Origin: a virus
Direction: 5' to 3' (one strand)
IMG/VR virus record: IMGVR_UViG_3300034073_000569
Location: 63,625 to 127,624 of that record
Length of the DNA: 64,000 nt
Shown here in pieces: positions 1 to 7,194 of the stretch. Within the stretch, counting starts at the first letter, position 1, and every line of letters starts with the position of its first letter. The notes below the pieces were generated by a model. It did no database searches. It had not been told where the DNA came from and was given only the letters and a program-made list of their open reading frames with translations. A program made the translations under genes and the position numbers.

Positions 1-1
1 T

Positions 2-256
2 GACAATTTCTTGTAAGCCTCTTTGTCTAAAGTTCTCTTTAAAGTTTTCTAGCTTATCTATTTTGTCATCTAGTTTCCAATGTTTGATTGTAAAATCTCC
101 TAAGTTAGTAACATGTATTCTACTATGTTTCAAACTTGACAAACTCTTTCTTATTTCTTGCCAATAAAAGGATGTCACATCTGACACCATTTGTTGTGAC
201 AAGTTTAGCTCTTCTGCTACAATAGGGATTAGATCTTTAGACTTTCTAGGCTTCAA
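2..256 (-). CDS. HU/IHF-like DNA-binding protein (runs off window start)
   Basis: Not in ORF track. TTG start at 256 gives MKPRKSKDLIPIVAEELNLSQQMVSDVTSFYWQEIRKSL...IHVTNLGDFTI, an HU/IHF-like helix-helix plus LG.F pattern. Frame open to the edge. Confidence 0.65.
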   Translation of the reverse strand, partial: MKPRKSKDLIPIVAEELNLSQQMVSDVTSFYWQEIRKSLSSLKHSRIHVTNLGDFTIKHWKLDDKIDKLENFKENFRQRGLQEIV

Positions 257-608
257 CGCTTAAAAATTTATAGTCTAACAAAATATTTCCATTAGCGTGT
301 AACTTAAGATCAGGATTAATAAAGATCTTCTTCTTATTCTTTCCTTCCTTTTTAATAAGTCCTTTCTTCTCTGCCTTTGTCAAACAGTTACGTACAGACT
401 GTGTGCTAGAGAATATCTTCTTGTCGTATGCTTTGTTACAGAAATGCGTAAGTTCTTGGTCTCCCTCAATTGCCAGGAATGTAAGACAGTTTAAATCTGC
501 TTCACTCACTGGAATATCAAAGAGATAGCAATGTGTGAGTATCTGATATTTGACAATCTGCCAAGTGGTCATCCTCACTCTTTTATCCACCTGATTAACT
601 AGTGCCAT
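246..608 (-). CDS. winged-helix DNA-binding protein (putative)
   Basis: SSTQSVRNCLTKAEKKGLIKK..KKIFINP resembles a wHTH recognition helix plus wing. Confidence 0.55.
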   Translation of the reverse strand: MALVNQVDKRVRMTTWQIVKYQILTHCYLFDIPVSEADLNCLTFLAIEGDQELTHFCNKAYDKKIFSSTQSVRNCLTKAEKKGLIKKEGKNKKKIFINPDLKLHANGNILLDYKFLSVEA

Positions 609-1039
609 TATAATGTTATTTTAAAACTCATGTAATCTTCTTTTGTCTTGTTCCAATCCTTATGTAAAAGAACTGACTCTGCTCCTAGGTTTTTGAATAT
701 GTGCCAGCTAGCTCCATCACGAGCTTCTCCTGTAATATATTCGTAACCCATTTCCTGTGCCCAATCCATAAGAGAATGGATCATTTCATATCCTAATCCT
801 TTTCCCCTATGGCTTGGTAGTACAGTGAAACTATCTATGTGTAGTACATTGGCACTTTGCCATGATACAATAATCTCTCCAAATAATACTGACTTCTCGT
901 AGAACCACATGCCTTGACAGGTCTCATGTTCTACTAACATATATAACTTGTACTTATTATCCCATCTAAGCTCCTTTGGATGTTCACGTTCAAACTGATA
1001 TGATAGTGAATAATCCTTTAGCTTATATACTACGTTCAT
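608..1039 (-). CDS. GNAT family acetyltransferase
   Basis: Acetyl-CoA motif A VLPSHRGKGLG and C-terminal WHIFKNLG. Confidence 0.85.
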   Translation of the reverse strand: MNVVYKLKDYSLSYQFEREHPKELRWDNKYKLYMLVEHETCQGMWFYEKSVLFGEIIVSWQSANVLHIDSFTVLPSHRGKGLGYEMIHSLMDWAQEMGYEYITGEARDGASWHIFKNLGAESVLLHKDWNKTKEDYMSFKITL

Positions 1040-1048
1040 ATAATAGGT

Positions 1049-1396
1049 TTATTTCTTTAAGGATCTTTGCTTCTCTACAGCTGGAGAATTAGGGATGATC
1101 ACTTCATCCCCCACTTTAATACCCTCTTCAGCAAGTTCTGGATTATTGTCCATATCTTCCTGTGTAATAGTGTGAGGAGTGCCTTCTGGCTTTCCGCCTT
1201 GCTGTGTCATTTGTGCAATGAAAGCTAAAGCCTTAAGTTCCTTTGCTCTAGAGGTAGCAAGTCCTGTGTTCAACTGTTGCAACTGTAACTGTACAGTTTT
1301 TACCTCAATCTGCTCTTGGATAAAAGCAATAATTTCTTCTTTTGACGGAACATTCTTTACATCCTGCTCCTCTTGTAATACGTTTTCTTCTGACAT
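1049..1396 (-). CDS. hypothetical protein (coiled coil, LysM-like C-terminal half motif)
   Basis: ORF in co-oriented block. NPELAEEGIKVGDEVIIP resembles the end of a LysM repeat. Confidence 0.7.
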   Translation of the reverse strand: MSEENVLQEEQDVKNVPSKEEIIAFIQEQIEVKTVQLQLQQLNTGLATSRAKELKALAFIAQMTQQGGKPEGTPHTITQEDMDNNPELAEEGIKVGDEVIIPNSPAVEKQRSLKK

Positions 1397-1414
1397 GTTG
1401 GTTTATTTTATTGG

Positions 1415-1717
1415 TTAAAAATTTAAATCGTCACCACCAGCTTGCTCTTCTGTAGAAGACGGTGCTGCATGATGCTGAACAAATAAGTTCTGAAATTTGT
1501 GGTAAGGGGTATCTATAATGTATGTATCCCCGTGCTCCGTAAAAATGGTGGTGCAATTGTATGTGAGAGAATCCTCATCTAGGGATGTAAGCTTACAGGC
1601 CACAACGACATCTAAATGAAAAGCAAACGCCATCCACTGTCCTTGGTCCTCTATGCCCATAAGTTCTGCCTTCTCTATATCTAATGTGTGGCAGTGAATG
1701 TTACAGACGTGTATCAT
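1415..1717 (-). CDS. hypothetical protein
   Basis: 100-aa ORF with A-rich leader, first gene of leftward block. Confidence 0.75.
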   Translation of the reverse strand: MIHVCNIHCHTLDIEKAELMGIEDQGQWMAFAFHLDVVVACKLTSLDEDSLTYNCTTIFTEHGDTYIIDTPYHKFQNLFVQHHAAPSSTEEQAGGDDLNF

Positions 1718-1734
1718 TTTTTTGTTTGGTTTAT

Positions 1735-1749
1735 ATTATAATATACTTA
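1735..1749 (-). promoter_or_regulatory. putative phage (late) promoter motif TWAGTATATTATAAT
   Basis: 13-mer ATTATAATATACT (1735-1747) is identical at 29080-29092. Both lie just upstream of leftward operons. Confidence 0.55.
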
Positions 1750-1966
1750 ATAAGTTTAAACTTAACAAATTTAATAATAGATTCCAAACTTACCATAATA
1801 ATTTTTACACACTTATTAACAGCCCCCCACCTCTTAACCTATATATAGACCCCCCTCCTATTCATAAGGTTTGTGATAGAGGTTGTGAGGACCCGCCCAA
1901 CCAAGCTACCCCACCATAAGTTTGGCGGGGGAATACCCCCTCGTTTAACAAGTTAAACTTAAACTT

Positions 1967-2254
1967 ATGGCAGCAACATCATTGCATCTGCTTGCAAAGC
2001 AAGCTCTCGGTCAACTAGACACGTTGACCTTCAACATTTCGTCTGTGGAAGCTAAAGCATCCAAGACTGGAAATGTAGGCTTCCGCGTGACCACCGACCA
2101 AGGTCGTGTAGTCACTTTCTGGTCATCTTCGATGGACCAGGTCGTGGAAGCCACAGATGACGCTGGAAACTTCCAGGTCATCCCCGGCACCCGCCTTGCG
2201 GATGACGGTGGCTTGATCCCAAAGGATGCAAGCCAAGGTGGATTCTGGTCATAA
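1967..2254 (+). CDS. hypothetical early protein, GC-rich codon usage
   Basis: 95-aa ORF with AAACTTAAACTT leader, followed by a terminator. Confidence 0.85.
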   Translation: MAATSLHLLAKQALGQLDTLTFNISSVEAKASKTGNVGFRVTTDQGRVVTFWSSSMDQVVEATDDAGNFQVIPGTRLADDGGLIPKDASQGGFWS

Positions 2255-2265
2255 CCAGAACCACC

Positions 2266-2290
2266 AAAGGGGGATTATATCCCCTTTTTT
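2266..2290 (+). terminator. intrinsic terminator
   Basis: AAAGGGGGAT-TAT-ATCCCCTTTTTT. Confidence 0.8.
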
Positions 2291-2408
2291 CCGTAACCTC
2301 ACGGAACCACTTAGTACTGTATGCTGATGTTAACCTGATGTAGGTTTTCCGTTGGGATAGAGTACTAAGTTTTACTACATCTATCTATTCATCCTCAACT
2401 TATTTCTT

Positions 2409-2561
2409 ATGATCAGATCTAAGACACTCTTGTTTAATACCTGGAACTTGTTTACATACTGGTATTCATACATGAAACTAAGCTTTGATACTCTCAAGCT
2501 TAGACTAGTTAGACTAGCACCTGGATATACATCCAAAGTTTTAGTAGTTATTACGTATTAA
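2409..2561 (+). CDS. possible small protein (50 aa)
   Basis: MIRSKTLLFNTWNLFTYWYSY...VITY*, below ORF-track cutoff. Confidence 0.35.
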   Translation: MIRSKTLLFNTWNLFTYWYSYMKLSFDTLKLRLVRLAPGYTSKVLVVITY

Positions 2562-2793
2562 CGTGTGACTCTGTGAGTGGTAGGAAAGCCCTCCACACTT
2601 CTTTCATCCTTTAAAATATGCTTCTTAACCCACATTTTGGTGCGGATAAGATAGCTATAAGTCAAACAACACATGCTTTCCCTTATACCCTTGGGATGTA
2701 AGACTACAAGAGCCTTGGTCGGCACAGCTCCTAGACATGAGTGTAAACTGTCTTGTTTTATCTATCCATCATCCATTAAATACATACAGTATT

Positions 2794-3072
2794 ATGAAGT
2801 TATTATCCTACATCTTCCTTATCATAGGATCTATCCTTATGATATACACTTTTTACATAATGTTCTATCCGGCTGGTCACACAGACAAGCAGTTCATTAT
2901 GTCCCTGTTCTCTGGTATAGCTACCACTTTTCTTGGTTTCACACTTGAGACACATAGTACAAATGCTTACACACGCTTCCAGCGTGACGATAAACGTAAG
3001 AAATTACGTAGTTCCTACACTGTACTCATCCTGTCCAGTTTTCTGGTCTTAATCAGCCTTATTTGGCTTTAG
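2794..3072 (+). CDS. membrane protein (3 TM)
   Basis: Likely start MKLLSY at 2794. Three hydrophobic segments. Confidence 0.75.
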   Translation: MKLLSYIFLIIGSILMIYTFYIMFYPAGHTDKQFIMSLFSGIATTFLGFTLETHSTNAYTRFQRDDKRKKLRSSYTVLILSSFLVLISLIWL

Positions 3073-3091
3073 TTAAAAAGTTTAAGTGAGC

Positions 3092-3172
3092 TCATATTTG
3101 ACCCCATTAACATAGATACTATATAGTATACTAACTACTATGTTATGGAGGGGTCATATTTGACCTCATTAA
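3092..3172. repeat. 19-bp direct repeat flanking nested inverted repeats (operator/origin-like)
   Basis: TCATATTTGACCcCATTAA (3092-3110) and TCATATTTGACCtCATTAA (3154-3172). Internal TAACATAG/CTATGTTA arms and ATACTATATAGTAT palindrome. Confidence 0.7.
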
Positions 3173-3262
3173 AAGTATTATAGTTCCCCCAACGATAGGA
3201 GTTTATCTGTTCTACTTCACTGAACAGAGGCTTTATGGTGAAGCTTAAACCATTATTTATAT

Positions 3263-3368
3263 AGTCAGGTGGCGGAATGGTATACGCAGGGCATTACAAC
3301 CACCAAGAGATAATATCAAAGGTGTCCTATTCAAGAGTTGTTTACAGGTTCGAATCCTGTCCTGACTG
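3263..3368 (+). tRNA. tRNA-like RNA, anticodon undetermined
   Basis: Acceptor AGTCAGG/CCTGACT, D-arm GCG-GAATGGTATA-CGC, T-arm ACAGG-TTCGAAT-CCTGT. Central 56 nt do not form a canonical anticodon arm. Confidence 0.7.
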
Positions 3369-3461
3369 CTACAAACGAATGTATGGATGGTTAGCCCTGG
3401 AGATAACGTCAAAGGGGATTACCACCAATTTCTTATTTATTAACCCTTTACATACTAAATC

Positions 3462-3776
3462 ATGAAAGAAAAAGTAACTACATTTTTCAAAAACAACTAT
3501 CACTCAATAGTAATGGGTGTTATGATTGGAATCTATGCACTTGAAGTGTATAGCAAAAGAGATTCTAAAGAAGTATTAGATCTCATCACTGATAGAGTCA
3601 TCACAATCATCTGGATATTTAACTGGTGGGTTGTTATCCAGTTCAATAAGATCAATCAGAAGTATTCTGATGAAATTACTGAGCTATGGCGTAATGAATG
3701 TCAAAGACTATATGCTGTTATAGAAGAATACCACCGCATAGTACGGAAGTCTAAGGACAATACAACTAATATTTAA
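3462..3776 (+). CDS. membrane protein (2 TM)
   Basis: Two hydrophobic segments. Confidence 0.75.
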   Translation: MKEKVTTFFKNNYHSIVMGVMIGIYALEVYSKRDSKEVLDLITDRVITIIWIFNWWVVIQFNKINQKYSDEITELWRNECQRLYAVIEEYHRIVRKSKDNTTNI

Positions 3777-3793
3777 TCATTAAATAAATACAA

Positions 3794-4288
3794 ATGAAAG
3801 TATTTACTCTAACTGCTCACGGGCAGAGTCACAAAGTGACCGTGCATCTGCACAACTATTACCAGAATAACCGCTTAGCTATACAGCTTAACTCATTTGA
3901 GGACAAAGCTCCATATGCTGTGGTTACGGTGAATAAACCTGATGTCTTATTAGCAGACAACGAAGTGCTAGTTAAAGACTATTCAGAGAACGAAGGCATG
4001 CTTGACTTCCTTGTAAAGAATAACATCGTGACACCAACACCTAATGGCGTACAGTCAGGTTTTGTGTGGCTACCAATAGCTATAGTTAACGATGAATCTG
4101 TATGGGGTGAAGTTCCTAATCCTTATAGTTTAGCTGATGAGCCTGAGTATGATAATAACCTTGACCCAGCTCCAGATGAAATCAATACCACTACAGGTAA
4201 ATCCATGTGGATCATCAAAGACTATCGTATATGGGCTGACTCATATAAGCAAGCATTAGAACTCCTATCTTTAATAGAGCAAGCATGA
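3794..4288 (+). CDS. DUF4313-like protein
   Basis: Y..N.RLAIQL...PYAVVTVN...KDYSENEG.LDFL...VQSGFV pattern. Confidence 0.65.
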   Translation: MKVFTLTAHGQSHKVTVHLHNYYQNNRLAIQLNSFEDKAPYAVVTVNKPDVLLADNEVLVKDYSENEGMLDFLVKNNIVTPTPNGVQSGFVWLPIAIVNDESVWGEVPNPYSLADEPEYDNNLDPAPDEINTTTGKSMWIIKDYRIWADSYKQALELLSLIEQA

Positions 4289-4521
4289 TAAAGTTTGAAG
4301 AAACAAAGTCTAACTACAGATTACCTGCTGGTTTTCTGTTTGCTGCATGTATCATCATGATGGCATTAATTAGTCTGATTAGAAATAGTCAGCCTGTATT
4401 TGATTACCCCGAAGAGTTTAATGTACATACTATATCTAAGGATAGAGCAAACCCAACAGAAATGATGGTAGTTTATGATACCCTTAACAACAAGTATATA
4501 TTTGAATTCATGGATAAATAA
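4285..4521 (+). CDS. hypothetical membrane protein
   Basis: ATGA overlap with upstream gene, N-terminal TM. Confidence 0.75.
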   Translation: MIKFEETKSNYRLPAGFLFAACIIMMALISLIRNSQPVFDYPEEFNVHTISKDRANPTEMMVVYDTLNNKYIFEFMDK

Positions 4522-4527
4522 TTTTAT

Positions 4528-4749
4528 ATGTTAAAGATTATATCTCAATTATTAGGAACTAAGGGACCAGAGGGTCCTTTAGTTTCCAACTACATTCCTT
4601 ATACAAAATACCCAATAACACCAGAGTTTGAAGAATGGTGTAAAACATACAATGTGTCTTGCCTAGCTGATAAGCAATCAACTAGAGTAGAGATAGTAAT
4701 GGGTAATACTATAAAGATAGTAGATCTACAATCAATTTGTCATTCATAA
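4528..4749 (+). CDS. hypothetical protein
   Basis: ORF in tightly packed operon. Confidence 0.7.
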   Translation: MLKIISQLLGTKGPEGPLVSNYIPYTKYPITPEFEEWCKTYNVSCLADKQSTRVEIVMGNTIKIVDLQSICHS

Positions 4750-4760
4750 ATCCAATCCAC

Positions 4761-5171
4761 ATGTCACAGAAAAAAATGACACCCACAATTGCTAAAGCAT
4801 TAGCAGAACAAGTTCGTGATGAACTTAGAAAAACAGCTACAAGTTATGCTGAAACTACAAAGCATAAAATTAAAACTTCTAAAGAGTTTAAACAACTTGA
4901 GAAGCTGATGGTACAGAAAGCTGATATATCTAACAAGATGGATGAGATCAAACACAGTCTTGAAGAGAAGTTTTCTAGTAAGTTAGCAGATGTATCTATT
5001 TATACATACAGTGCACGTGATACTAGCATTACTATCAGAGAAACAGCTTCCGTTTCTGTAGAAGGAATCAAGAATATGATTCTTTTAGAAGATTATCTAT
5101 CTGATACTCCTGAAAATACAGAAGACTTAGTCAAGCGTATAGCTGATAAAATCATGAACAGTAAACATTAA
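4761..5171 (+). CDS. hypothetical coiled-coil protein
   Basis: Likely start MSQKK at 4761. Confidence 0.75.
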   Translation: MSQKKMTPTIAKALAEQVRDELRKTATSYAETTKHKIKTSKEFKQLEKLMVQKADISNKMDEIKHSLEEKFSSKLADVSIYTYSARDTSITIRETASVSVEGIKNMILLEDYLSDTPENTEDLVKRIADKIMNSKH

Positions 5172-5174
5172 TAA

Positions 5175-5765
5175 ATGGCATCTGCTACTAAAACAGACTA
5201 TTCTTTGTCTGTAAACAAGCGTGCAGTACAGAATGCTATATTTAATTTATACAAAAGATATAAGTTTGACAAGGTGGTTGGTTTAGCTGGTCCTAACATA
5301 ACGGACTATTTGGAATTAATGAAGCAAAACGGATTCAAGTCTGCAGAGATATATGAAAATGATATCTCTCAGCTTGCTATCCAGATGAACAGCTTTAGAC
5401 CCGTAATAGAGTCTAAGATACAGTTCGGTGACATTATTCAAGCTAAGCCTAATCAACCATACACCTTGTATGACTTAGACTTTTGCTGTAGCATTAACAC
5501 TGCTAATCAACACATTCAGAAGTTTTCTGATGATGTTGCAATAACTACTCTTTCAATTAGACCAGTGGGCTTTATGCACACTATTCTAAAGTATGCAGAA
5601 CTTATAGATAGAAAGAGCAATCCAATTATTGAATTTCTAGGTAGTGTAAACAACAACCTAGGAAAATATAGAATGTATTCTTTGACTGCAGGTAGTAAAA
5701 AATATATATGCTATCTGTACAAAGACTCTGTTCCAATGGTTACAATCCAATCAATTATTAATTAA
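5175..5765 (+). CDS. class I SAM-methyltransferase-like protein (putative)
   Basis: Rossmann-like order KVVGLAGP / EIYEND / FGDI / YDLDFC. Confidence 0.5.
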   Translation: MASATKTDYSLSVNKRAVQNAIFNLYKRYKFDKVVGLAGPNITDYLELMKQNGFKSAEIYENDISQLAIQMNSFRPVIESKIQFGDIIQAKPNQPYTLYDLDFCCSINTANQHIQKFSDDVAITTLSIRPVGFMHTILKYAELIDRKSNPIIEFLGSVNNNLGKYRMYSLTAGSKKYICYLYKDSVPMVTIQSIIN

Positions 5766-5781
5766 AACAAAAATCCAGAAC

Positions 5782-6165
5782 ATGGAAAATTTAAACAACC
5801 CATCAATTAGTAAAAAACCATTTATGTTTACTAAAGAAGAAAAAGCAATCTTAAAACCTTATGTAATAGGTGAGAAAGAGATTAACAAACAAGTTTGTGA
5901 TGAATTAAGTGTACAAATCGGTAGATCATTTAAGAACATCTATCAGTACATCTATCGTAACAAAAAAGCTGTTGGTAAATCTAAAAAAGTAAAAGCTAAC
6001 TCTGTTAAAGTTAAAGCAGATAAAACAGTTACACGTGATAAATCTGTAAATAATAACACACCTATGTTTAAACAAGGAGAGTTTATTATTCCTGTAAGTT
6101 CATGGGAAGTACGTAATAATAATGGTACAACAAGCTTAGTTTTAAAGTTTGATAAATCAATTTAG
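5782..6165 (+). CDS. hypothetical protein, possible HTH
   Basis: FTKEEKAIL...ELSVQIGRSFKNIYQYIYR (Myb/HTH-like). Confidence 0.65.
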   Translation: MENLNNPSISKKPFMFTKEEKAILKPYVIGEKEINKQVCDELSVQIGRSFKNIYQYIYRNKKAVGKSKKVKANSVKVKADKTVTRDKSVNNNTPMFKQGEFIIPVSSWEVRNNNGTTSLVLKFDKSI

Positions 6166-6174
6166 TTTAACTAC

Positions 6175-6203
6175 AAGAGGGAAGCTGTAATGGCTTCCCT
6201 TTT
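6175..6203 (+). terminator. intrinsic terminator
   Basis: AAGAGGGAAGC-TGTAATG-GCTTCCCTTTT. Confidence 0.75.
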
Positions 6204-6218
6204 ATAATATCAGTAACC

Positions 6219-6788
6219 ATGATACTAAAAGACCGTGTGATTGATCACACAAAAAGCAATCTTCATGAAGCTATGAGTATTCCTAGCTATATGAGAACTA
6301 AATGCCGTGAGCGTATTTTCTTTGCATCTTTCTCTAATGCATTACAAAGAACTGAGTTGTTTGAAGATGAAGATGATGCTCCATCAGAAATGACTACTGT
6401 TACAGGAGACTTACAGCGTTGTCTTCAATTGATTACAGATCCTTTAGAATATGAATACACTATTCTTACTTTCTTTGGTCATCAGAGAATGGCTATGGAA
6501 GTATATGGTAGGTATAAGTTTTTACAAGAGTCTGGTAATTCTAAAGAAGACAAGCTAAAGATGAGCATCTTAAACTTAGTTGAGCAATTAAAGAATAAAG
6601 ATGAAGATGATGAGGAAGAAGATGATGTAGATAACTTAAATAGCTCCACACTTCTTAAAAGAATATCTATAGTAAAAGAGTCACACTATAACTTTGATAC
6701 TTACTTAAAATTAGTAATCAAGAAACTAAGTAGCAGAGGTGATTCTGACTTTAATATAGATGATCTATTAAAGGATGTTTTAAATTAA
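6219..6788 (+). CDS. hypothetical protein
   Basis: 189-aa ORF with acidic stretch. Confidence 0.8.
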   Translation: MILKDRVIDHTKSNLHEAMSIPSYMRTKCRERIFFASFSNALQRTELFEDEDDAPSEMTTVTGDLQRCLQLITDPLEYEYTILTFFGHQRMAMEVYGRYKFLQESGNSKEDKLKMSILNLVEQLKNKDEDDEEEDDVDNLNSSTLLKRISIVKESHYNFDTYLKLVIKKLSSRGDSDFNIDDLLKDVLN

Positions 6789-6812
6789 GTTTTTAGGGGT
6801 TAGTGAGTAAGG

Positions 6813-6848
6813 TGTAGTAGGGGGTCTTTGACTCCCTCTACATTTTTT
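6813..6848 (+). terminator. intrinsic terminator
   Basis: TGTAG-T-AGGGGGTC-TTT-GACTCCCT-CTACA-TTTTTT. Confidence 0.7.
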
Positions 6849-6876
6849 GTTTAGTCTAATAAACGTTGTAGATTTG
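6846..6876 (+). promoter_or_regulatory. Bacteroidota sigma70-type promoter
   Basis: TTTG(6846-49)-N19-TAGATTTG(6869-76) matches TTTG-N19-21-TAnnTTTG. Confidence 0.7.
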
Positions 6877-6897
6877 TTATACACAACCACATAATAC

Positions 6898-7185
6898 ATG
6901 AAGAACACAAACCCACGTTTAAATAATGGCTTTGGTCAAGTCTCTAATGAAGTTATGAGAGATCCAGAGTTATCTTTAAAAGACAAGGGCTTGTATGCAT
7001 ATTTATGTACGTTTGCTGGTAGTCAGACTAATGAATTAATAGTCAGTGTCTACCGTATGGCAGATGAGTGTGGTACAAGTCCTTCTACTATTAAAAGAAG
7101 TATAGAAGTATTACAAGCAAAAGGAATCATAGATAGAATCTTTATGGGTAAAGGTAACACCAGAAAGACTATCATTTTGAAATAA
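6898..7185 (+). CDS. winged-helix protein (HTH_36 / replication-initiator N-terminus-like)
   Basis: GFGQVSNEVMRDPELSLKDKGLYAYL...MADECGTSPSTIKRSIEVLQAKGII. Confidence 0.8.
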   Translation: MKNTNPRLNNGFGQVSNEVMRDPELSLKDKGLYAYLCTFAGSQTNELIVSVYRMADECGTSPSTIKRSIEVLQAKGIIDRIFMGKGNTRKTIILK

Positions 7186-7194
7186 AAGCTTTAA

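Noticed and set aside
2320-2346. Hammerhead ribozyme suggested by two CTGATG words
   Set aside because: Both read CTGATGT rather than CUGANGA, and no correctly placed GAAA core follows.
3277-3465. 62-aa ORF in track
   Set aside because: It overlaps the tRNA-like element and has no protein-like features.
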